Below the pieces are notes generated by a model. That model saw nothing but the letters and a program-made list of their open reading frames with translations. It made no database searches and was not told the DNA's origin. The position numbers and the translations under genes were made by a program. Of a stretch of DNA of 64,000 nucleotides, positions 16,084-25,026 are shown piece after piece (position 1 is the stretch's first letter; each line of letters starts with the position of its first letter). The stretch comes from a virus: positions 3,132 through 67,131 of the IMG/VR virus record IMGVR_UViG_3300030389_002443. One strand, given 5' to 3'.

Positions 16084-17270
16084 TGAAAGTAAACGGTTTA
16101 GAATTAGATATAAAATTTCAAATTAATGAGGTTAATACGGAACCAACGTTTGACGAATCGAGGCGTGAATTAAGACGACAATATTATGTAGACGAAAATT
16201 TAGAAACCGACAATAACAGATACGATGGGACTAAAAACTTACTCGTTGAAAATTTTTGTAAAGTTTTAGATAAAAATTTACCCCACGTTATTTACACAAA
16301 AGAAGTACCATTTAGTTATATTATGACATTTTTTATTAATGGGTTTCCTTTTATTTTTGAGAAATATGATAGCAGATTTAAATTGATGGGTAAAATTATG
16401 ACAAAGAAAGAAGCCTTAACTGCTATTGTGAAAACAGCAATGTATGGTGGAACTTCTAAGAAAGAAGGTGGGGATGTATTTTTATTCTTTAGTAAATATA
16501 TCGACACTCCTAATATAATAAAAAGGGCAATAGAAGAAAGGATAGTATATAGGTTCCCTCAATATGAGATAACTCCTATTTTCCAAAATGTTTTAATTAA
16601 TGTTCAAAAGGTGGGAAAGAAAAGATACGCTTTAGAAATAAGTGATAATGTGTGGGGAGGAATATCTGAAAAAGATTTGATAGCATTTATCAAGATACAT
16701 AGTCATAAGAAAAAAAATGTGCGTTCTAAATGGTGGAAAATAAAGCCAGAAAAATTATGGGAATATACAATTGGTGAAGCCCCAACAGAGTCTCAACTTA
16801 ATACTATGATTCAATTCTTATTACATAATAGAAAAGATAAAATTGTCGTAGACAAATCTATCGAGTTAGTTAAAAGTTTGACTAAATTCAAAGATATAAA
16901 AATTAGTCGAAGAGGGGAGCAACTGCAAGTGTTAGTGAGAGGTAAGGAAGCATATTGGTATATTCATGGTGAGATAAAAGATACTGTTCATGGTGGTTTG
17001 CAGGACGTGGCTACTACCTTGATAACTAAGTGCCTATCAAACGATATTCCTTGGTACAGTAGGTTTTCTGGGCCAGATGTTTGTATTGACAATTTGATGG
17101 GAGGTAGTTCCATTGGCGACCAAATTTATTCTAGGGCCATGGTATGTATGAATGATAATATATCTAAAAATACTGTCAGTACGATACGAAATAAACTTAG
17201 AAATTATGGTGATGAAATAATGACAATAGATTTTTTTGACGAAATAGAAAATATATGGGAGGAAGAATGA
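16083..17270 (+). CDS. Uncharacterised 395-aa protein in the Ubl operon; candidate E2-like or substrate component
   Basis: Long ORF; C-terminal GPDVCIDN...GDQ..SR..ND segment; function inferred from context only. Confidence 0.6.
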   Translation: MKVNGLELDIKFQINEVNTEPTFDESRRELRRQYYVDENLETDNNRYDGTKNLLVENFCKVLDKNLPHVIYTKEVPFSYIMTFFINGFPFIFEKYDSRFKLMGKIMTKKEALTAIVKTAMYGGTSKKEGGDVFLFFSKYIDTPNIIKRAIEERIVYRFPQYEITPIFQNVLINVQKVGKKRYALEISDNVWGGISEKDLIAFIKIHSHKKKNVRSKWWKIKPEKLWEYTIGEAPTESQLNTMIQFLLHNRKDKIVVDKSIELVKSLTKFKDIKISRRGEQLQVLVRGKEAYWYIHGEIKDTVHGGLQDVATTLITKCLSNDIPWYSRFSGPDVCIDNLMGGSSIGDQIYSRAMVCMNDNISKNTVSTIRNKLRNYGDEIMTIDFFDEIENIWEEE

Positions 17271-18100
17271 TGCGAAATTGTGAGGAGTGTAAATATACGG
17301 GAATGACTTTTGATGATAGGCTCGGTGAATGGGTTTGTGATGTATGTGGTTATGTCCAAGTAGAAAACTTTGAAGAAACTGTCTCTCTTAGCCATCACAC
17401 TACAGGCGAACAAATACGTGATGCTGATGGGTATGGTCACATTAATCCGAGTCAATACAGAAATTTCACTGCGCATGAAGAAGGTTATATGATATTAGGT
17501 GAATTCATTGATAGTGATATTATCAGAATAGAGTTTAGAAGTAACTATAACAATTTAGTAAATAACCATGTGTTTAGGGGATATTCGATTATAGAGAGAT
17601 GTGCGGCCTTAGCATATTTCACCTTGAAAGCAAATGGGGTTAGAGTAGACACGACATCTATTTCTAAAATTACTGATGTACCTAAAAAAAGAATAAGTCG
17701 TATTAGTAAAAAAATCGCTAACCATTTTGGACAATCTAGAATATTGTATCAAAGTAATCCAGAGGCAGACATTGATAAAGTTAGGCATGAATTAAATTTA
17801 TCCTTTGCTTTCGCTAACGATGTCAGAAAAGTTTACTACGCATTAACACAAAGTTTGGATGAAGTATTAGATACTAAAAGAAAAAGATTCATGGCAGGAG
17901 TTATATGGCTCACATTACAAATAAGGGGAGAAACTGGTAGGAATAAGGTTTCTATGGAGTCTGTAGCAATGGCACTAAAAAACAACAAAAGTAAAGCAAC
18001 GGTATCATACGGTTATAATGATATATTGCAAGCAATCAAATTAAACAAACAAATGGTAAATAAAATAACAATAGAACAATTAATAGAGGGAGCATGGTAA
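17267..18100 (+). CDS. TFIIB/TFB-like transcription factor
   Basis: Zn ribbon CEEC..FDDRLGEWVCDVCG; cyclin-repeat-like FRGYSIIERCAALAYFTLK and MAGVIWL..SVA. Confidence 0.75.
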   Translation: MMRNCEECKYTGMTFDDRLGEWVCDVCGYVQVENFEETVSLSHHTTGEQIRDADGYGHINPSQYRNFTAHEEGYMILGEFIDSDIIRIEFRSNYNNLVNNHVFRGYSIIERCAALAYFTLKANGVRVDTTSISKITDVPKKRISRISKKIANHFGQSRILYQSNPEADIDKVRHELNLSFAFANDVRKVYYALTQSLDEVLDTKRKRFMAGVIWLTLQIRGETGRNKVSMESVAMALKNNKSKATVSYGYNDILQAIKLNKQMVNKITIEQLIEGAW

Positions 18101-18101
18101 A

Positions 18102-18656
18102 ATGAGCAAGAGAGTATTAGTAATAGGTGCGGGTGGAATAGGTAGTAATTTAATCCCAATTCTTAGCAGAATAGGATTATACAACATCACTGTATTTGAC
18201 CCAGACATAGTAGAAGAAAAAAATATCACTTATCAAAACTTTAAGTTAGGTGAAGTAGGGATGAAAAAAGCAAATGTAATGGTTAAGTATAAAAAAGTAA
18301 AAGGTGAACCATATGCAATATTAACTAAAGAGCAAATTAAGGGATATGATTTGGTTGTATGTTGTGTTGATAACTTAGCAGCAAGAAGACTGCTATATGA
18401 TTATGATAAGCCTTGGTTGGATTTAAGAGCGCAAGGTAGAGGGTGTGTCCTTATCTCATATAAAACGCCAGTCGAAAAATATAACGAATTGTTAGCGGGG
18501 CCAGATGGTAATTTCTCATGTCAAGGAAATGAATGGGATGGTAAAGCAAAGGGTATCAATTGTATGCATTACGTTGTGGCTGGATTAGGCGCACAATGGA
18601 TTCAAAGATGGTTCGCTGGAGATTACGTTGATGATGAAATGGTGGTGTGGTTTTGA
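18102..18656 (+). CDS. ThiF/MoeB/E1-like adenylyltransferase
   Basis: VLVIGAGGIGS, FDPDIVEEKNITYQ, KKA, DLVVCCVDNLAAR, candidate catalytic SC; no CxxC zinc pairs. Confidence 0.9.
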   Translation: MSKRVLVIGAGGIGSNLIPILSRIGLYNITVFDPDIVEEKNITYQNFKLGEVGMKKANVMVKYKKVKGEPYAILTKEQIKGYDLVVCCVDNLAARRLLYDYDKPWLDLRAQGRGCVLISYKTPVEKYNELLAGPDGNFSCQGNEWDGKAKGINCMHYVVAGLGAQWIQRWFAGDYVDDEMVVWF

Positions 18657-19177
18657 ATTTAGAAAACGCAATAGTCAATCAAGAATGGAAACTAGAAATA
18701 GAAAGTGCGTGGCAAAGATTCAAAGATTGGGGGTATGTAAATAAATATCTTAGGGAAGATTTAACACACTATCTTAGACATACTAAAGCAGGTCAAGAAG
18801 TTTTAGATACTATTTGGGACATGAGTAAAACAGCATTTGATTATGATAGAGAAGTACAAGTAGTAATAGACAGCAACAATAAATTGTTCATTACTTTTGG
18901 TACTGGCTCATTAGTTTGGTTTCATGATAATGAAGAATTAACTGGTATGAGAATGCCCATCAAATGTTGGATTCATACTCACCCATTTGGTAAGGCTTAC
19001 TTTAGTGGAACGGATTGGAACACAATCAATACTTATGAGCCTATAATGGATTCAGCGATTGTCTTGGGTGGCGCAGAACGAATGACTTGGATTAAAGGAA
19101 AAAACGAAACATACTTTGAAGAATCTGTTCCAATTAATAAAGGGCCAGCAGCATTGGGCTTTTGGGAGGAGGAATGA
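18647..19177 (+). CDS. JAB/JAMM (MPN+) metallo-isopeptidase
   Basis: E (REVQ) ... H-T-H-x7-S-x2-D (HTHPFGKAYFSGTD). Confidence 0.85.
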   Translation: MVLNLENAIVNQEWKLEIESAWQRFKDWGYVNKYLREDLTHYLRHTKAGQEVLDTIWDMSKTAFDYDREVQVVIDSNNKLFITFGTGSLVWFHDNEELTGMRMPIKCWIHTHPFGKAYFSGTDWNTINTYEPIMDSAIVLGGAERMTWIKGKNETYFEESVPINKGPAALGFWEEE

Positions 19178-19410
19178 TGTTCGTGTTTGTCAAGAAGGTA
19201 GATGACCATTGGAGAATCGCAGTGGCCACAATCGAAGAAGTGGAAAACCATCAAGTAGATTGGTCAAACGATGAATTTTCAAGAGCCACCTTCTGGACAA
19301 AAAACGCAGGAGAGGCGTTGCTTGTTGCGGCTAGAATGTATCACTCTCTAAAAGAAGATGGGGTAATAGGGATTATTCCACTGGAGGACACAGCGAATGA
19401 AATGTTTTGA
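19174..19410 (+). CDS. Hypothetical protein
   Basis: GGAGG RBS; ATGA coupling with JAB gene. Confidence 0.6.
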   Translation: MMFVFVKKVDDHWRIAVATIEEVENHQVDWSNDEFSRATFWTKNAGEALLVAARMYHSLKEDGVIGIIPLEDTANEMF

Positions 19411-19502
19411 GTGTCGCCATTCTATATTGTGGGGAGAAGAAAGAGTTCCAGACAATAATGGTAGAATATATTGTAGTCAAGAATGTTTAAGCAAGAGGAG
19501 AA

Positions 19503-19868
19503 ATGAAAATGAAAGCAGTAGGTAAATGGGTATTGATTGAAGTAGAACAACAAGAAGAAAACGGTATTCTTATAGAAGAAGGTAATCGTGGAAAAATAGT
19601 ATCGTATGGTGCTGATTGTTGTTTCGTGAAAGACATAGCAGAAGGTATTATGACGGCCTTACACGAAAACGGTGAGATGTGGAAATCCCCACCAGAAGAA
19701 GTGTTTATACAAGGTTCGGCAGAAAATCCTTTCATTGGGGCTGAATGTTATTTTAGCCCTAGAAACGCTATAGATGTTGAAGGTTTGAAATGTGTAAGAG
19801 ACGCAGATATTTTTTGTGTTATACCTTTGGTTAGAACAATAGAAGTAGGTGGTGATACTTTATGTTAA
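19503..19868 (+). CDS. groES: GroES-like co-chaperonin with internal insertion
   Basis: MKAVGKWVLIE...NGILI...GKIVSYG ... DIFCV; directly upstream of GroEL. Confidence 0.7.
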   Translation: MKMKAVGKWVLIEVEQQEENGILIEEGNRGKIVSYGADCCFVKDIAEGIMTALHENGEMWKSPPEEVFIQGSAENPFIGAECYFSPRNAIDVEGLKCVRDADIFCVIPLVRTIEVGGDTLC

Positions 19869-21388
19869 TTGGTGATGAGGCAAGGGAAGTTTTCAAAACT
19901 GGTTTACACAAAGTACACACAGCAGTTGCCCCGACACTAGGGCCAGCAGCAAGAACAGTCGCACTAAAACGTAATGGTAGAACTATTGTAATTAATGATG
20001 GTGTTACCATTGCAAGAAAGGTTTGGTCAGAAGACCCTTATGAACAAATGGGTATTGATTTAATTTTAGGGGCAGCAGAAAACGCTCAATCTAAATCTGG
20101 TGATGGAACAACAACAGCGACAGTATTGGCTAATGCTATTGTTCAAAATTATGATTATAGTCGTGTTTCAGATTTTACTGAGTTATTAGAAAAAGACATT
20201 AAAAAAGTATGTGAGTTCTTATACAATAAAAAGAGTATTTGTAATTTAGAAGATGTTACTAATGTGGCTACTATCGCTGCTAACAATGATTCTGAGTTAG
20301 GTCAACTTATTCATGACGTGTTCAAACAAATAGGTAAAGATGGTGTAATCACTGTTGAAAAATCAGATACAAACCAAACAACATATAATATGACAGAAGG
20401 ATTAGAAATAGACAAAGGGTATTTATCTCATCTTATGATTAATGATGATTCTACGGGGGAAGCGATTTTAAAAAATCCTTTAGTATTATTAACGGATAAA
20501 GAAATTAAAAAGTTTGAAGATATATTACCAGCATTAAAAATAGCAGATGCTAATTCACAACCACTTCTTGTTATATGTAAAGAAATGGAAGGTAGTGCGT
20601 TATCTAATATCTTGTTAAACATAGTCCAAAAAAGAATAGATTGTTGTGTGGTTCGTGCGCCAGATTGGGGGCCGACACAAGTTGAACTATTAAGAGACAT
20701 GGCTGCTATTTGTGGGGCTAACCCATACTTGTCTACATTAGATATGGATTTAAGAAAAATCAAAAAAGATGATTTAGGGACTTTAGATAGAGCAGTAGTA
20801 AATAGATACAGTACTGTTTTAATTGGTAAACCACCAAACGAAGAAATATATCAAAAGAGAATAGGCGACCTTAATGCTATGTTAGAACAAGTAAAAGAGG
20901 ATTGGGAAAAAGACAAACTCAGAACAAGACTTGGTAGATTAACTGGTGGGGTGGCCGTAATAAAAGTAGGTGGTATGACTGAAACAGAAATTACCGAAAG
21001 AAAAGAAAGATTAGATGATGCATTAAATGCAAGTAGAGCAGCATTACAGGATGGTATCATTGCTGGTGGAGGATTTATGTTGAATCTTGCTACTATAGAG
21101 TGTGACATCAAAAGTGAAGCATTGAAAAAAGCATTATCAGAACCTATGAAAATTATTGCTAGAAATGCAGGTCAAGAAATTAGTGGTCAGTATGAAAGAG
21201 ATATTGTTGATGGTTATGGTTATGATGCTAAAAACAAAAGAATGATTAAAGACTTTTTAGATTTACAACATGGTATTGTTGACCCAGTTTTGGTTACTAT
21301 GAATTCATTGAGGGTAGCAGCATCTATTGCAAATTTGATATTATCAACAGAAGTAATTATTGCGGAGAAGGAACAAAATGGATTCTAA
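19862..21388 (+). CDS. groEL: Group I chaperonin GroEL-like
   Basis: TLGP, NDGVTIAR, GDGTTTATVLA, EGLEIDKGYLS, GGVAVIKVGG..E.E..ERK, GIVDP. Confidence 0.95.
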   Translation: MLIGDEAREVFKTGLHKVHTAVAPTLGPAARTVALKRNGRTIVINDGVTIARKVWSEDPYEQMGIDLILGAAENAQSKSGDGTTTATVLANAIVQNYDYSRVSDFTELLEKDIKKVCEFLYNKKSICNLEDVTNVATIAANNDSELGQLIHDVFKQIGKDGVITVEKSDTNQTTYNMTEGLEIDKGYLSHLMINDDSTGEAILKNPLVLLTDKEIKKFEDILPALKIADANSQPLLVICKEMEGSALSNILLNIVQKRIDCCVVRAPDWGPTQVELLRDMAAICGANPYLSTLDMDLRKIKKDDLGTLDRAVVNRYSTVLIGKPPNEEIYQKRIGDLNAMLEQVKEDWEKDKLRTRLGRLTGGVAVIKVGGMTETEITERKERLDDALNASRAALQDGIIAGGGFMLNLATIECDIKSEALKKALSEPMKIIARNAGQEISGQYERDIVDGYGYDAKNKRMIKDFLDLQHGIVDPVLVTMNSLRVAASIANLILSTEVIIAEKEQNGF

Positions 21389-21779
21389 GAAAGTAATATC
21401 TGTTAAGTTTCCTGCACCAGTGGGAGCAGAAGTAAAGTGTCCTATATGTGATGGTAATAAATGCATAGCATGTGATTGGTCTGGTAAATTATCAATCACT
21501 GTAGATGCTAAGGTTCCTATTCAAAGAGCGCACATTGTCAAGTATGTTGTAGATAATTTACAAACAATGGCTCAAGAGATAACTAAAAAATATGGTATGA
21601 CACCACAGATAAATACTAAAGAAGTAATTAAAATTAATGACGGTCAATATGAGATAGTTCAGATAAGTAGTATAGGAGGCGCATGTTGGATTGCTAATAG
21701 AATAGACGAATATGCACCACCACAATATTTTACGAATTACCAAGAGTTGACTAAGTTTTGTGGAGGAATGGAAATATGA
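21378..21779 (+). CDS. Protein with DnaJ-like CxxCxG zinc finger
   Basis: CPICDG..CIACDWSG. Confidence 0.6.
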   Translation: MDSKKVISVKFPAPVGAEVKCPICDGNKCIACDWSGKLSITVDAKVPIQRAHIVKYVVDNLQTMAQEITKKYGMTPQINTKEVIKINDGQYEIVQISSIGGACWIANRIDEYAPPQYFTNYQELTKFCGGMEI

Positions 21780-21997
21780 AAATGATAGGTAAGATACCAA
21801 GAGATATGAATAATGAAATACAGGTAAAAACTGGTAAATACAAAGGAATCGAAGTTATAGATATTCGTTGGTACTATAATAAAGATGGGGAAATGTTGCC
21901 AGCAACCAAAGGGTTTAGATGTAATCGTGATGAGTTTAAACATTTGATTGGTGTGTTAAAGAGGGTAGAAGGTGAGCAAGATGGACTTAGGGATTAA
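21776..21997 (+). CDS. PC4/YdbC-family ssDNA-binding protein
   Basis: YKGIEVIDIRWYY.KDGEMLPATKG. Confidence 0.85.
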   Translation: MKMIGKIPRDMNNEIQVKTGKYKGIEVIDIRWYYNKDGEMLPATKGFRCNRDEFKHLIGVLKRVEGEQDGLRD

Positions 21998-22181
21998 ATT
22001 AATATTAGTAAGGTTACAACAAGTTAGAGACCGAGTAGAAACTCTATATGGTGATATTGATAAATTAATTACTGATACTAATATGGAAACGAAAGAATTC
22101 CAAGTGGGTATGTTTTTGGGAATGGGTATGATTGTAGAACAACTTATGACTTTATTCCCAGATTTATTAGAGGAGGAATAA
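21981..22181 (+). CDS. Hypothetical protein
   Basis: AGGTGA RBS. Confidence 0.55.
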   Translation: MDLGIKLILVRLQQVRDRVETLYGDIDKLITDTNMETKEFQVGMFLGMGMIVEQLMTLFPDLLEEE

Positions 22182-22183
22182 AA

Positions 22184-22348
22184 ATGGAAGATGAAGAAAA
22201 AATAGATAAAATGCGGGAACTAGAATTAAGAGTGCAAGAGTTAGAAGAAAGGTTTGACTGGTTAAAAAAGAAATATGATTACGATTTAAATGCTATGGTA
22301 AAAGCACTGAGCGATTTAACAGGAGAACCAGAATTCAAATTTAGGTGA
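22184..22348 (+). CDS. Small coiled-coil protein (54 aa)
   Basis: Manual translation; GGAGG RBS. Confidence 0.5.
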   Translation: MEDEEKIDKMRELELRVQELEERFDWLKKKYDYDLNAMVKALSDLTGEPEFKFR

Positions 22349-23787
22349 TTAATTTGCTTTGGTCTGATTTCGCCAGAATGTGCGAAGCAATTCAAAATAG
22401 AAAATCGTCCAATGAAAAGGGGGCGATTCTTAAAACTTCTAATTTAATTGATGAGGCCAAACAAATACTTAGTTTGAAAATAGAACCTAATTTTATTAAA
22501 GATAAAAAAGCAATAGTTTGGATTGCTAAAATTTATGAAGTGTTGGAAGAAGATATATCTCAACAAATAAAAATACATGGAGATATTGGTGAAGGCATAA
22601 AATGGTATGTCGAAAATTCCAACAAGTCAGATTATACGGTAAAACAAATAAAACATCTATTAGAAATGAATTGTAGCAAAGTAGACTCGAATGCGTTTTC
22701 TTTGATTAAAGAGGCTTTTGAAAAAATGAGCAGTAATGAAATCAAATGGTTCATTCGTTATTGGTTAAGAAAACCTAGAAATGGAATAGATGATGGTATT
22801 ATGAGAAAAACATTTGGAGAACCTAAAGCACGTTTTCAAGTTGGTATTTTAGTACCACCTCAATTGTCAAGTCCACTCAAGGGCATTCCTAAAATTTGGC
22901 CTCTTATTATGGAATATAAATACAATGGAATCCGAGTGCAAATACATAGGCAAGAAGATATAATAATATTATATAATAGGTCTGGCAAAAACATCACTAA
23001 ATTATTTCCAGATGTAATTGAAACAGTAAGAAGTTGGGACAATGGTAATTATATTTTAGATGGAGAAATTTATCCAATAGAAAAAGGTAAACCTGCTGCC
23101 TTTAGAAATATAAATGTAAGAATACATTCTAATGATATTTCACAGGCTGTAGAAAAATGCCCAGTGAAATTAGTTGTATTCGATTATCTTTTTGAAAACT
23201 CCCCATTACGAGAAAGAATAAAGTTAATGGAAAATATAGTTCCAGAAAAATTTAGAACGGTTAGATATACAAACTATCCAGATTATGATTCATTTGAAAA
23301 ACATAAAAATTTATTTTATGCTCAAGCCATTTCAGATGGTTTTGAAGGTATTATGTTAAAGGATGCTAACGGTAAATACGAACCAGCGAAAAGGTCATGG
23401 TTCAAATTCAAGCCTTCTAAAATAGACTTAGATGTGGTTATAACTTCTGCTAGATATGGTGAAGGAAAAAACCAATCAGTGTTTTCTTCATTCGATGTTT
23501 CAGTCAAAGATGAAGGTAACTTTGTTGACGTAGGCACTGTTGGAGTTGGTTTTAGTGAAGAAGATTTAAAGATATTAACTAATAAATTAAGAAGAACAAT
23601 CATTAAATTTGATAATGGGACTTATGAGTTTTTACCTAGAATAGTTCTAAGTGTTTCTGCTGATTTAATTACTAAAAATAGTAAAGGATTATGGGGGCTA
23701 AGGTTTCCTAGAATGGTAGCAATCAGAGATGATAAACCAGTATCAGAAATTAATACGATTGAAGATGTTGTAAGTTATGTGAGATGA
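22345..23787 (+). CDS. lig: ATP-dependent DNA ligase
   Basis: EYKYNGIR (motif I), ILDGEI, FD, EGIMLK, WFKFK, LRFPR...RDDK. Confidence 0.95.
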   Translation: MINLLWSDFARMCEAIQNRKSSNEKGAILKTSNLIDEAKQILSLKIEPNFIKDKKAIVWIAKIYEVLEEDISQQIKIHGDIGEGIKWYVENSNKSDYTVKQIKHLLEMNCSKVDSNAFSLIKEAFEKMSSNEIKWFIRYWLRKPRNGIDDGIMRKTFGEPKARFQVGILVPPQLSSPLKGIPKIWPLIMEYKYNGIRVQIHRQEDIIILYNRSGKNITKLFPDVIETVRSWDNGNYILDGEIYPIEKGKPAAFRNINVRIHSNDISQAVEKCPVKLVVFDYLFENSPLRERIKLMENIVPEKFRTVRYTNYPDYDSFEKHKNLFYAQAISDGFEGIMLKDANGKYEPAKRSWFKFKPSKIDLDVVITSARYGEGKNQSVFSSFDVSVKDEGNFVDVGTVGVGFSEEDLKILTNKLRRTIIKFDNGTYEFLPRIVLSVSADLITKNSKGLWGLRFPRMVAIRDDKPVSEINTIEDVVSYVR

Positions 23788-23791
23788 TAGG

Positions 23792-24193
23792 ATGTTTACA
23801 AAAGAACAATTGCAGGGGATATTATTATCATTGGCCAAAACTGAAATTACTGTTCAACGGCAAGAAAGTAGAGATGTAGGTTTTGCTGTAAGATTAGCAG
23901 TTCATTTTAGAGCGAAGAATCTTGAGTTTGTTGAAGCATTACAAAGAACTTTTTTACAATATCAAATAGAAAGCAATCTAAGATTACATGAAAGTAAAAC
24001 TAGAAAGCAACCTATATTATCTGTTAGAAAACTCGAATCGCTATTAAGATTAAGTGATTTGATTCCTATAGTTCCAGATGCTTTAAGTCAATGGGATAAT
24101 TTCTTACAGGCTTTGGAGATAGTAGAACACGCTGAACATTTGAATCAAGATGGAATACAAGAAATCATAGAATTAAAGGAGGCGAATAAATGA
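23792..24193 (+). CDS. LAGLIDADG-fold protein, probably catalytically inactive
   Basis: C-terminal EHLNQDGIQEIIELK typical of single-motif LAGLIDADG proteins; N-terminal helix LQGILLSLA lacks the acidic residue. Confidence 0.5.
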   Translation: MFTKEQLQGILLSLAKTEITVQRQESRDVGFAVRLAVHFRAKNLEFVEALQRTFLQYQIESNLRLHESKTRKQPILSVRKLESLLRLSDLIPIVPDALSQWDNFLQALEIVEHAEHLNQDGIQEIIELKEANK

Positions 24194-25026
24194 GTTGGGC
24201 AGCGATGTCAAAAAAGGAGCAACCTATAATTGTTGTAGGGAAACCATCTACTGGTAAAACAACAATCGCTCTTTCTTTATTGGATGAACCTCTGATATTT
24301 TTTGCAAACGAATTTGAAAAAGGAGTTCCGAAAGACATACAGTTATTGATTGAGGATGTGCATCATAAGGCTAATACCGAAGAAATAGTTAATCATTTGC
24401 GTAAAACAAAGGCCAAAGTTGTTTTAACTTCTGTCGATAAAAAATCAATACCAGCAGCGATTAAAAAATTATGTAAAATAAAATTGGCTGGTTCTACAGT
24501 GCATTCCCCTTTTGCAGATATTGCTCCTAGAAGTGTGCCAGCACTAAATCCTAAAGTTGAAATTTTCGACATGTTAAAAATCTATTTAAGAAACAGAGAT
24601 AGAGATGAAGTTGCCAGAATCTTAAAGAGCAATCGACCACCAGATGTATTTCTCATGAATGCATTATCTGACCATGTTCACTTTAATAGATTATTATTTG
24701 TGGATGCTAAAGTTAAGCGCAGATGGAGACAACCGTACTTCTATGAGATGTTGGCTTATGCTTTTAGTGGTGGACACGCTGGAAGATTTTCAATGCCTAA
24801 GTTCGCTCAAGATAAAGAAAGGCGTAGAATATTAAGAAGATTAGGATTCAAAATTAATGAGTGGGGTCTTCTCATGGATATTGTTAATGGCTCAGAAAAA
24901 TTTAGACATTATACTCAAAAGAGATTAAACAATCAAGAATATAGATTGTTAGGTATTGGTGAAAAACCAATTACTAGAAAAAAGGTACGAAAGAAAAGTA
25001 AGAAAACATTGGAGGATTATATATGA
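24190..25026 (+). CDS. Clamp-loader large-subunit-like AAA+ protein
   Basis: GKPSTGKT, LLIEDV; adjacent to RFC small subunit; C-terminal PIP-like KKTLEDYI. Confidence 0.7.
   Translation: MSWAAMSKKEQPIIVVGKPSTGKTTIALSLLDEPLIFFANEFEKGVPKDIQLLIEDVHHKANTEEIVNHLRKTKAKVVLTSVDKKSIPAAIKKLCKIKLAGSTVHSPFADIAPRSVPALNPKVEIFDMLKIYLRNRDRDEVARILKSNRPPDVFLMNALSDHVHFNRLLFVDAKVKRRWRQPYFYEMLAYAFSGGHAGRFSMPKFAQDKERRRILRRLGFKINEWGLLMDIVNGSEKFRHYTQKRLNNQEYRLLGIGEKPITRKKVRKKSKKTLEDYI

Noticed and set aside
18102-18656. ThiF as a thiamine or molybdopterin biosynthesis auxiliary gene
   Set aside because: No thiG, moaE, sulfurtransferase or rhodanese partner is seen in the window; linkage with JAB and a masked GG protein fits conjugation better, though sulfur transfer using host enzymes is not excluded.
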